Of a stretch of 64,000 nt of DNA, positions 57,052-64,000 are shown one piece after another (the stretch's first letter is position 1; the number at the start of each line of letters is the position of its first letter). This DNA is from Syntrophaceae bacterium (GTDB lineage Bacteria; Desulfobacterota; Syntrophia; Syntrophales; UBA2185): the NCBI GenBank assembly GCA_003153775.1, contig PMBI01000043.1, positions 33,851 to 97,850 on the forward strand, given 5' to 3'. The translations under genes were made by a program, and so were the position numbers. A model generated the notes under the pieces. That model worked only from the letters and a program-made list of their open reading frames with translations, had not been told where the DNA came from and did not search any database.

Positions 57052-58455
57052 TTAGAAACTAAGTGTCATTTTGTGCGTCAAGAGATAGTCGTTATTGATA
57101 GTGGCTGTTGTGCTGGTGCCTTTGAACCAGTCACCTGCCCACAGGTAGGCAAAGCCGACCATGTAGGAGAGGTTGTCATAGATTTTGTAGGTTGCAGTAA
57201 GGTCAAGCTCGCTGCCGATGCTCCTGGACAGCCAATTCTTCGATGAGCCGTCCTTATCCGCCTGCGCGACGGTATAGCTCGCCTTTACATCAAGCTTGGG
57301 TAAGGGCTTGACGCCGGCGAAGATCTGCCCTGCCATGACGTTGTCATTATTATAAGCAGGAGAATTGGTGGACGTCAAACCATTCTGACCCCCCAATAAG
57401 CCGTTCCACCTGCCGAGGTCGTAGTTGAAGAGAATCAGGCAGGGGGTGAAGTCGGTACCAATCTTAACGCCGCCTTCATTCTTGTCGATTGTACCCAAAT
57501 CATCACCCGCCGCAGAGAAGGCCATGGCGCCTACATAGGCCGGTGCGAGGTCAACGCTGGCCATGATATAACCACGCCACCCTTGATATTCTGAATTCTG
57601 GCGGGCTGGAACTGCAGACGGATTTTCAACATTGAACTCTTTATATTTACCCGTGTAGAAACCAAACTCGGTCTCGACATAAACCATACCGAACGTCGCC
57701 CTGGCATACGGTTGGAAGAGCCAGTACTTTCCCTTATACCCTGTATTAGCTGAAGCAGGTCCACCAGCAAAATTGGCATTGCTGGTATCTTGGTAATATG
57801 TAATTTGTATACCGCCGTCACCCTTGCTCCACTTGTAACCGCCGAGGACGGAAAACTTTTCCGAGTCCTGGTCCACCGCGGAAGTGGACCCTGATACGTT
57901 CGCACTTGCCGCGGGGCCGGTGCTGCTATAGTACTTCTTTCCCTCAGTTTTATCCCACCTTGCGCCCCAGAAGAAAGAACCGGTTGTCCAATCCCACTTG
58001 ACCCTCATACCGTAGTCCTGCTCTCCCGTGTCGCCAAATGCCGTGCCCCATGTGCCCTGCGTCATGTATCCTACCCTTAATTCGCCAAAATCGCCGGGAA
58101 CATTTACGGTCACAAATGCATGTGTGAATTTGATGTTTTCGGATTCCTGGTCATTGCCGGCAAGATTGAGTGCGGTTGCCGTTGTGGAACGGGAAGCACC
58201 CCATATCTTTTCCAGGGCATCGAACCTTGTCGTCAGCATCAGGCCTTCCTGAACCTTGAAGTCCGTCTGCACCCTGAGTCTCTGCCAGATATTGGAGACG
58301 GATGCACCGCCATCGCTCTTCAATGAGCGGTTGTTATCATAGTAGCCCTGTGCCACATATGACCCACTGAACTTCACATCCGCCGCAGATACGGGCAAGA
58401 CGAGCGCCATGACCAGACCAATCGATAGTAAAACAATACAGACCTTTCTCATCAT
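57052..58455 (-). CDS. outer-membrane beta-barrel porin
   Basis: It has a signal peptide (…LPVSAADV). The sequence alternates amphipathic beta-strand patterns rich in G/Y/T and ends in a terminal Phe (…KMTLSF). The length is 467 aa. Confidence 0.75.
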   Translation of the reverse strand: MMRKVCIVLLSIGLVMALVLPVSAADVKFSGSYVAQGYYDNNRSLKSDGGASVSNIWQRLRVQTDFKVQEGLMLTTRFDALEKIWGASRSTTATALNLAGNDQESENIKFTHAFVTVNVPGDFGELRVGYMTQGTWGTAFGDTGEQDYGMRVKWDWTTGSFFWGARWDKTEGKKYYSSTGPAASANVSGSTSAVDQDSEKFSVLGGYKWSKGDGGIQITYYQDTSNANFAGGPASANTGYKGKYWLFQPYARATFGMVYVETEFGFYTGKYKEFNVENPSAVPARQNSEYQGWRGYIMASVDLAPAYVGAMAFSAAGDDLGTIDKNEGGVKIGTDFTPCLILFNYDLGRWNGLLGGQNGLTSTNSPAYNNDNVMAGQIFAGVKPLPKLDVKASYTVAQADKDGSSKNWLSRSIGSELDLTATYKIYDNLSYMVGFAYLWAGDWFKGTSTTATINNDYLLTHKMTLSF

Positions 58456-58935
58456 CTCCTCCTTTCCTATTATTTAATGATCTTCCCGGGCATGTTTGTG
58501 GAACGATCATTTATTTTTTACGGTCAGCATACACTCGGAGTGTTACAACTTGATGACAGCACGAATAAGGTTTCGTTAATTGAGCGCGCGTCTTAAAAAA
58601 GCAGCCAGGAAAAGCATCCCACAGGGCTTTCGTAATAATAGTTACGCATTTTCCCTGGCGGAATTAATATATTTTCCTTGTAAAAATCTTCATGTAGCCG
58701 GAAATTATACACAATGAAACCAATATTGCAAGATAAAAAAATTACAAATTATTACTTATTATTACCTTCGTATTTTCAGTATAATATGTATCGTAAGTTT
58801 GTAAAAAGCTGTCGCTTTAGGGCTTGCCACATCATGGCGGGCCAGGTATGTTAGAGGCTATTCTCTCATCTTCGTGGGTAAGGCTCTAAAGAGGATATCG
58901 ATGAAGCCGGACATTAGAATTTTAGAGGCATATTT

Positions 58936-60672
58936 ATGAATAAGATGTCCAGGGTAATTATTCTTCTTTCCCTTTTCACCTTTTCCTTTCCACTGGCCCT
59001 TCTCGCGAAGGAAGCTGTGCCTGTTGATTTGACGATTCTCCATGTCAACGATACGCACGGCCGCATTCTGCCTTACGCTGAAGCAATGTCAGGTGAAAGG
59101 CAGATGGTCGGAGGCGCCGCCTATCTCGCCCCTATGATCGAGGAAGAAAGGTCAAAAAATCCTGACGGCACCTTGCTGCTCTCCGCCGGGGACATGTTCC
59201 AGGGAACGCCCGTCTCCAATCTCTTCAAAGGCCGATCCGTGACGGATGTGATGAACTATCTGAAGTTCGACGGGATGGCAATCGGGAATCACGAATTCGA
59301 TTGGGGAATGGATGTTCTCCGGCAGCTTGCCGCATCTTCCAGATTTCCTTATCTCTCAGCAAATATAAGAGACGAAAGGGGCAGATATCTTCCAGGGGTG
59401 AAGCAATACATTATAGTCGAGAGAAAAAAAGTGAAGATTGCGATTATAGGCATGACCACGCCCGCGGTTCCCCTCATCACTAAACCGGGCCGCTTCAGGC
59501 ACATGTCTGTCAACAGGCCCGAGAAGATTCTTCCGCAGTTAATAAAAAGGGTGAAAGACGAAGGGGCCGTAATCATCATCGTCCTTTCCCACCTCGGATT
59601 AGACGCCGATAGAGACCTGGCTCAGAAAATTCCCGGCATCGATATTATTGTGGGAGGACACAGCCATAAGTCATTGGAGAATCCTGTGGTAGTGGGGAAC
59701 ACAATAATCGTCCAGGCAGGCGCCTACGGATTATATCTGGGCGTCTTAAAACTCAAAATAGATCCCGATACCGGGAAGATCCTTAGCCATACGCAAGAAA
59801 AAGAGCTTGAAAAAGTTATGGCCGGCAAGGACAGGCCATATGATAAGGGGTTGGCAGGAATCGTTCAAGCCTACTATGGCCGGATAGAAAAAGAATACAG
59901 CAAAGTCGTCGGTGAGACTTCTGTTCCTCTGGTAAGGTATCACCAGCGCGAATCCAACATAGGCAATTTTATATGCGACGCCATGCGAAAGAAGACAGGC
60001 GCGGATATGGCCCTCATCAACAGTGGCGCTATCAGGAACAACATCCCCAAAGGAAGAATTACGATGGAGCAGGTCTTCACGCTTCTGCCGTTCGATGACA
60101 ATCTTGTCACCATGACCCTTGCGGGAAAGCAAATTCTCGAAATCCTCGAGCAGAACGCGAAGCTGGAGTATGGCATCCTGCAGGTTTCGGGTATGGAAAT
60201 AAGGTACGATCTATCCGAACCGGCGGGCTCCCGGGTTCGGGAGGTACATATAGGAAGACGATCATTAGATCGTGAAAAGATTTATACGGTAACGACAGTC
60301 GATTACCTTGCCGCCGGCGGAGATGCATTTTCGCCCTTCAAGGAAGGGAAGAATATCCTGTACGGAACGGCTCTAAAAGATATTCTTGTTTCCTATCTCA
60401 AAAAGCATTCCCCCGTCTCCCCCCGCATAGAGGGGAGGATTCTCATGAATGCGCCATTGAGCAATTTAAAATTTTATGACGAGCGGATAGCTTCTTCCTG
60501 TATCGGCCTCTCTGATCTGCAGCCGCAGCTCGACGGCCTTTTTCGATTCGCCCGGGAAGAATATAAACCCCTGCGCAATGTCGCCGGGCATGATGGACCG
60601 ACGTTCGAGGGACCTCTTTTCCAGGTCCGATCTGATTTGTGCCTGAACATCGGTATCACTCATTCCCTTTAA
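58936..60672 (+). CDS. bifunctional metallophosphatase/5'-nucleotidase (UshA-like), with ~70-aa non-homologous C-terminal tail
   Basis: It has a signal peptide, metallophosphatase motifs HVNDTHGR, GDMFQG, GNHEFD and GGHSH, and a 5'-NT C-terminal domain ending near RIEGRI. The frame then stays open into the convergent gene. Confidence 0.85.
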   Translation: MNKMSRVIILLSLFTFSFPLALLAKEAVPVDLTILHVNDTHGRILPYAEAMSGERQMVGGAAYLAPMIEEERSKNPDGTLLLSAGDMFQGTPVSNLFKGRSVTDVMNYLKFDGMAIGNHEFDWGMDVLRQLAASSRFPYLSANIRDERGRYLPGVKQYIIVERKKVKIAIIGMTTPAVPLITKPGRFRHMSVNRPEKILPQLIKRVKDEGAVIIIVLSHLGLDADRDLAQKIPGIDIIVGGHSHKSLENPVVVGNTIIVQAGAYGLYLGVLKLKIDPDTGKILSHTQEKELEKVMAGKDRPYDKGLAGIVQAYYGRIEKEYSKVVGETSVPLVRYHQRESNIGNFICDAMRKKTGADMALINSGAIRNNIPKGRITMEQVFTLLPFDDNLVTMTLAGKQILEILEQNAKLEYGILQVSGMEIRYDLSEPAGSRVREVHIGRRSLDREKIYTVTTVDYLAAGGDAFSPFKEGKNILYGTALKDILVSYLKKHSPVSPRIEGRILMNAPLSNLKFYDERIASSCIGLSDLQPQLDGLFRFAREEYKPLRNVAGHDGPTFEGPLFQVRSDLCLNIGITHSL

Positions 60673-61221
60673 ACCCCCGCCGGTGATTCCTCCTGCCGCG
60701 CCCAAAGCGGCCCCTTTCATTGCCGCATCAGCGACATTATGGCGAGATACAATGCCTATGGCAGCGCCGATGACGCCGCCCGCTATGCCGCCCAGCACCC
60801 CATACTTCCCTGCTTCCGGCGCTACCTTTCCGAACTCTGTTTTCTTCTGTATGCGATCGTACGCCATCCTATCCTCGAGCACGGGCCAGAGGTTATTATC
60901 TACATCTACCAGGAACGTCTGACTGGCCACTATGTCAATCGGGTGCTTCCCTTTGTTATCGAAAATGACCCTCACAGGCATTAAACCCGCGCCCACGATA
61001 TCAAACCCAAAAGCGTCCTCTGCTTCTTTCTTGTCGTTGTAAGCCTGAGCTGCGATGGTTGCCCCTGCGACCTCCTTTGCATTGGGATACGCTGCGGGCA
61101 TTTTAAAGGGCACTACCTTCGATTCGTAGCTTGCACATCCCAGGACAATGGCAAAGGCAGTAACCATGGAAATGATGCCGATGGTTTTCTTAATAAACAT
61201 TGTTGCGCCTCCTAAGTTCAA
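60466..61221 (-). CDS. lipoprotein with glycine-zipper region
   Basis: The lipobox is VLGC, and the likely start is MFIKK at 61200. A Gly-rich segment GVLGGIAGGVIGAAIGIV...GAALGAAGGITGGG is followed by a beta-rich C-terminus ending VIKF. Confidence 0.7.
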   Translation of the reverse strand: MNLGGATMFIKKTIGIISMVTAFAIVLGCASYESKVVPFKMPAAYPNAKEVAGATIAAQAYNDKKEAEDAFGFDIVGAGLMPVRVIFDNKGKHPIDIVASQTFLVDVDNNLWPVLEDRMAYDRIQKKTEFGKVAPEAGKYGVLGGIAGGVIGAAIGIVSRHNVADAAMKGAALGAAGGITGGGLKGMSDTDVQAQIRSDLEKRSLERRSIMPGDIAQGFIFFPGESKKAVELRLQIREADTGRSYPLVIKF

Positions 61222-61293
61222 ATACGTAAAGCATATTTTATAAAAAAGTTGATCTCTTTGTCAACATCGATGAGAGTTGCAATAATTTTCATA

Positions 61294-61322
61294 TTGACAG
61301 AGCGCGGGCACTCCCTGATAAT
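61294..61322 (+). promoter_or_regulatory. sigma70-type promoter upstream of the DUF523 gene
   Basis: The -35 is TTGACA (61294-61299), the spacer is 17 nt, and the -10 is GATAAT (61317-61322). Confidence 0.5.
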
Positions 61323-61399
61323 TCCTGAGTCAAGAAGCCGACAGGAACGGCAGGACTTGTGACCATGATCTTTTTACTAATGAGCGCCCTGTAATTACT

Positions 61400-61933
61400 A
61401 TGAGAAAGCCACGTGTGGGAATAAGCCCCTGCCTCTTGGGAAAGAAAGTGAGATACGATGGGGGACACCGGCACAATCGCTACATCACAGATATCCTCGG
61501 AAAATATTTTGACTGGATACCTGTCTGCCCGGAGGTTGAGTACGGACGCGGAATACCGAGAGAACCCATGCGCCTGATTGGTGCCCCGGCAATGCCGCGC
61601 CTTGTAACGATTTTCACGGGTATCGACCACACCGATGGAATGATGAAGTGGGTGGAAAATAAACTTGTGGGCCTCGAAAAAGAAGACCTCTGCGGATTTA
61701 TATTCAAGAGTAAATCGCCGACCTCGGCCATACGGGGCGTTACAATTCTCTCACCATCAGGCGAAGAGTGCGCTACAGGAGCCGGTATATTCGGGGGCGC
61801 GTTCGTCAAACACTTTTCCCTGATACCCGTAATAGACGATGAACAGCTTGGCGACACCGCCTTGAGAAGAGATTTCCTTGAGAAGGTATTTGCCTTTAAG
61901 AGATTGCGGGACGCAAAGGAGAAGAAGCGATAA
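61400..61933 (+). CDS. DUF523 family protein (2-thiouracil desulfurase TudS-like)
   Basis: The N-terminus VGISPCLLGKKVRYDGGH and the motif PVCPEV match the Cys pattern of DUF523 as I remember it. Confidence 0.7.
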   Translation: MRKPRVGISPCLLGKKVRYDGGHRHNRYITDILGKYFDWIPVCPEVEYGRGIPREPMRLIGAPAMPRLVTIFTGIDHTDGMMKWVENKLVGLEKEDLCGFIFKSKSPTSAIRGVTILSPSGEECATGAGIFGGAFVKHFSLIPVIDDEQLGDTALRRDFLEKVFAFKRLRDAKEKKR

Positions 61934-61939
61934 GAGAGA

Positions 61940-62695
61940 TCATCCTTTGAGAAATTCCCTTTTCAAAACCCCGCCTGTTCTTCCGATGACCACTTTCTCC
62001 AGAGGGATATTCTTGCCGGCTATATTCATCCCTTTGCATATAATTTCCGGAAGCCCCTGGCAGCATGGTACTTCCATGACGAGCACCGTTATGCTCGCGA
62101 TATCTGCCTCCTTGAATATCTGCGCAAATCTGTGCACGTACATATCTGTTTCATCGAATTTCGGGCAGCCCATGAGTACTGCTTTGCCCTTCATGAAATC
62201 ATCGTGCAGACGCGGATAGGCAATAGGCGTACAATCCGCCACCACTAGAAGGTCCGCTTTCTTTAGAAACGGGGCGGTCGGCGGCACAAGCCGGATCTGA
62301 ACCGGCCAGTGGGACAGTGCCGAAGCGACACCTTTATGCGCTACTGTCTTATTTGCTTTCCCGATCGGCTGTAGAGATGCAAAACTCACGATTTGCGAAG
62401 ACGGGCATCCGCAAGCCATGGTCGGCGCTTCCGAAACCAGCCCCGCTTCTTGGGATCTCATATGCTCCTCCACGGCCACTTCGTCAAAGTCATCCGCCTC
62501 ACGTTCAATAATATTCAGGGCGCCCCTGGGACATTCACCCAGACAGGCTCCCAGACCATCGCAATATATCTCTGCCACTAATTTAGCCTTGCCGTCCCTT
62601 ATCTGGATAGCACCCTCTGCGCAGGCAGGAACGCATAAACCGCAGCCGTCACATTTCTTCTCGTCAATCTGGATGATCTGTCTTCGCTTTTTCAT
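61940..62695 (-). CDS. 4Fe-4S dicluster domain protein (FrdX-like ferredoxin-domain protein)
   Basis: The N-terminal cluster motifs are CDGCGLCVPACAEG...CDGLGACLGECP. The C-terminal ~130 aa form a Cys-containing domain (MEVPCCQG). The RBS is GGGAGG. Confidence 0.7.
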   Translation of the reverse strand: MKKRRQIIQIDEKKCDGCGLCVPACAEGAIQIRDGKAKLVAEIYCDGLGACLGECPRGALNIIEREADDFDEVAVEEHMRSQEAGLVSEAPTMACGCPSSQIVSFASLQPIGKANKTVAHKGVASALSHWPVQIRLVPPTAPFLKKADLLVVADCTPIAYPRLHDDFMKGKAVLMGCPKFDETDMYVHRFAQIFKEADIASITVLVMEVPCCQGLPEIICKGMNIAGKNIPLEKVVIGRTGGVLKREFLKG

Positions 62696-62760
62696 AAATT
62701 CCTCCCTATCGTCTAAAATTACAGCTGAACGCCGTTTTCAGTTCTCCCGAATTTTTTCTT

Positions 62761-62802
62761 AATATACTCGTCCTCATTTCTTTCCGCATTGACAAAAGTC
62801 AA
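62761..62802. promoter_or_regulatory. FNR/CRP-family operator TTGACAAAAGTCAA plus class II-positioned -10 box for the 4Fe-4S gene
   Basis: A perfect palindrome TTGAC-N4-GTCAA lies at 62789-62802. On the minus strand a TATATT -10 box spans 62766-62761, and its first base is 29.5 nt from the palindrome centre. That places the site at -41.5. Confidence 0.55.
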
Positions 62803-62858
62803 TTTTCCCACATTTATTTTTTATTTTTTCCTTTTGGGCAACCATTTATTACATTATA

Positions 62859-63605
62859 ATGACCCCAAACTCAAAAGAGTCGCAAGTAAAAAGAGCCTAT
62901 AGGTTTACAACGAGGATTCCCGTGAAGCTGCTCGATCACATTGTCACCATCCCCCTTTTCGCAGGTCTGTCACGGGGACAGCATGAGGCGCTGGCAAGAA
63001 TCACTGTGAGTCGTTCTTACAGGAAAGGCCAGACAATCTTCTCCGAAGGTGATGAAGGCATCGGCTTTTATGCGATCGTTTCCGGCCGGGTGAAGATATT
63101 CAAACTCTCGCCGGAAGGGAAAGAACAGATCCTCCACATGATGAGGCCGGGAGAGATATTTGGCGAGGTGCCGGTTTTTACCGGCCGGGAATATCCGGCG
63201 CACGCGGAGGCCCATAACAATTCCGCTCTCCTATTCTTCCCCAGAAACTCATTCATCGAGCTTGTTAAGAAAGACCCGTCGCTCTCTCTGAACATGCTGG
63301 CCCTCTTGTCCCGGCGTCTGCGAAGATTCGCGGCGCTGATTGAGGACCTCTCCTTGAAGGAGGTGCCGGGGCGCCTGGCGGTTTATCTTCTCTATGCATG
63401 CAAGAAGTCTTCCAACAAAGACGAATTTGATCTCGATATCTCCAAAGGGCAGTTGGCCTCTATCTTAGGCACCATCCCGGAAACGCTGTCCCGAATCCTC
63501 GGCAAAATGGGCAGGCAGGGAATAATTAGATCGGAAGGTTCACGCATGATGATACTGAACCGCACGACCCTCGAAGACATTGCCACAAAAGGGAGAAAGC
63601 TATAA
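62859..63605 (+). CDS. Crp/Fnr family transcriptional regulator
   Basis: The cNMP-binding-like barrel has IPLFAGLS, IFSEGDEG and FGEV. The C-terminal HTH LASILGTIPETLSRILGKM carries the FNR-type E--SR recognition motif. There is no N-terminal Cys cluster. An alternative and perhaps better start is the GTG at 62922, which is preceded by AGGA. Confidence 0.85.
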   Translation: MTPNSKESQVKRAYRFTTRIPVKLLDHIVTIPLFAGLSRGQHEALARITVSRSYRKGQTIFSEGDEGIGFYAIVSGRVKIFKLSPEGKEQILHMMRPGEIFGEVPVFTGREYPAHAEAHNNSALLFFPRNSFIELVKKDPSLSLNMLALLSRRLRRFAALIEDLSLKEVPGRLAVYLLYACKKSSNKDEFDLDISKGQLASILGTIPETLSRILGKMGRQGIIRSEGSRMMILNRTTLEDIATKGRKL

Positions 63606-63741
63606 GACATCTGACGCCAGCGGAAAAGGAGGGACGCGGACAGAAGTCTCCTTGACAGAAAGGCCGTCAAGACATTAAGGTAGCAGATAACAGCATCGGA
63701 ACTGCAAAAAAAATAACCATTCTCTCACATAAGGACTGCAC

Positions 63742-64000
63742 ATGTCGTCTTTTAAGGAAGAAATCAAAAAAGAAGTAGCCTCCGATGAAAAAGGCCAGAT
63801 AAGGGAGAAAAAGTTCACCCTCAATGGAAAATTGGAAGGTGAGTATACCTCCTACTATGGCAACGGAAAGGTCATGGCCCATCTTCACTTCCGTAACGGC
63901 AAGAGAGACGGGGAGGCTGTTTCCTATTACAGGGAAGGCCAGATCAGGGAAAAATGCACATTCAAGGATGACAAGCTGCACGGAGAATATGTCTCTTATC
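63742..64000 (+). CDS. MORN-repeat-variant (YwqK-like) protein, 3'-truncated by window edge
   Basis: The ATG at 63742 opens a frame that runs to the window end. It encodes repeats of G.L.GEY.SYY.NGK / R.GEAVSYYREGQ / KLHGEYVSY. It is missing from the ORF track because there is no stop within the window. Confidence 0.7.
   Translation, partial: MSSFKEEIKKEVASDEKGQIREKKFTLNGKLEGEYTSYYGNGKVMAHLHFRNGKRDGEAVSYYREGQIREKCTFKDDKLHGEYVSY

Noticed and set aside
58756-58785. A TATAAT box (58780-58785) upstream of the 5'-nucleotidase, considered as a promoter.
   Set aside because: The -35 region is only TTATTA/TATTAT inside a very AT-rich stretch where TATAAT-like hexamers occur by chance. It is not reported as a feature.
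63667-63981. A 104-aa minus-strand ORF at the window end.
   Set aside because: The plus strand encodes clear MORN-variant repeats from the ATG at 63742. That gene is absent from the track only because it has no stop within the window. The minus ORF is its shadow.
1-64000. A window-wide scan for CRISPR arrays, IS elements or transposases, integrases, phage genes, retrons or reverse transcriptases, and rRNA genes.
   Set aside because: I saw no regularly spaced direct repeats, no terminal inverted repeats flanking a transposase-like ORF, no recombinase or RT motifs in any listed ORF, and no rRNA-like sequence.

Overview
This is a chromosomal window from a Gram-negative, probably anaerobic bacterium. 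The gene content looks Desulfobacterota/deltaproteobacterium-like, but I cannot confirm that without a database search. Most of the window is densely packed core metabolism.

Main gene blocks:
- hemL (5'-truncated), a sugar-nucleotide epimerase, a pyrF-family gene and a TPR-SpoIID gene.
- RNase P RNA, then rnhA and a zinc-ribbon gene.
- The macromolecular-synthesis cluster yqeY-dnaG-rpoD-tRNA(CAU).
- A his cluster, hisI-hisG-hisB-lipoprotein-hisA-HIT.
- A MinD/ParA + J-like/RodZ-HTH + SPOR trio.
- An eight-gene aromatic amino acid operon on the minus strand: DAHP synthase-aroB-pheA-aroD::aroE-aroA-aroK-aroC-tyrA.
- A diadenylate cyclase fused to YbbR domains and translationally coupled to corA.
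- A REC-GAF-GGDEF protein.
- A four-gene 2-oxoacid:ferredoxin oxidoreductase cluster whose delta subunit is fused to a GltD-like NAD(P)H flavoprotein.
- An FN3 secreted protein.
- A sigma54 two-component system, then rarA, trpB2 and a gpsA-like gene.
- A tungstate (Tup) ABC locus with two TupA paralogs, a TunR-like regulator and a porin.
- A 5'-nucleotidase, a DUF523 gene, and a Crp/Fnr regulator divergent from a 4Fe-4S gene.

I found no CRISPR array, IS element, integrase or phage module.

The most interesting non-coding signals:
1. A candidate ~125-nt sigma54-dependent sRNA at 45774-45899. It has a -24/-12 promoter, an anti-SD motif and a strong terminator, and lies divergent from the NtrC-type two-component operon.
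2. A ~250-285-nt structured leader upstream of the aro operon. It ends in two tandem intrinsic terminators whose CCATGG-based arms can pair with one another.
3. A TTGAC-N4-GTCAA palindrome sitting exactly at -41.5 of a predicted promoter next to the Crp/Fnr gene.

All functional calls come from motif recognition by eye. None has been checked by a search.
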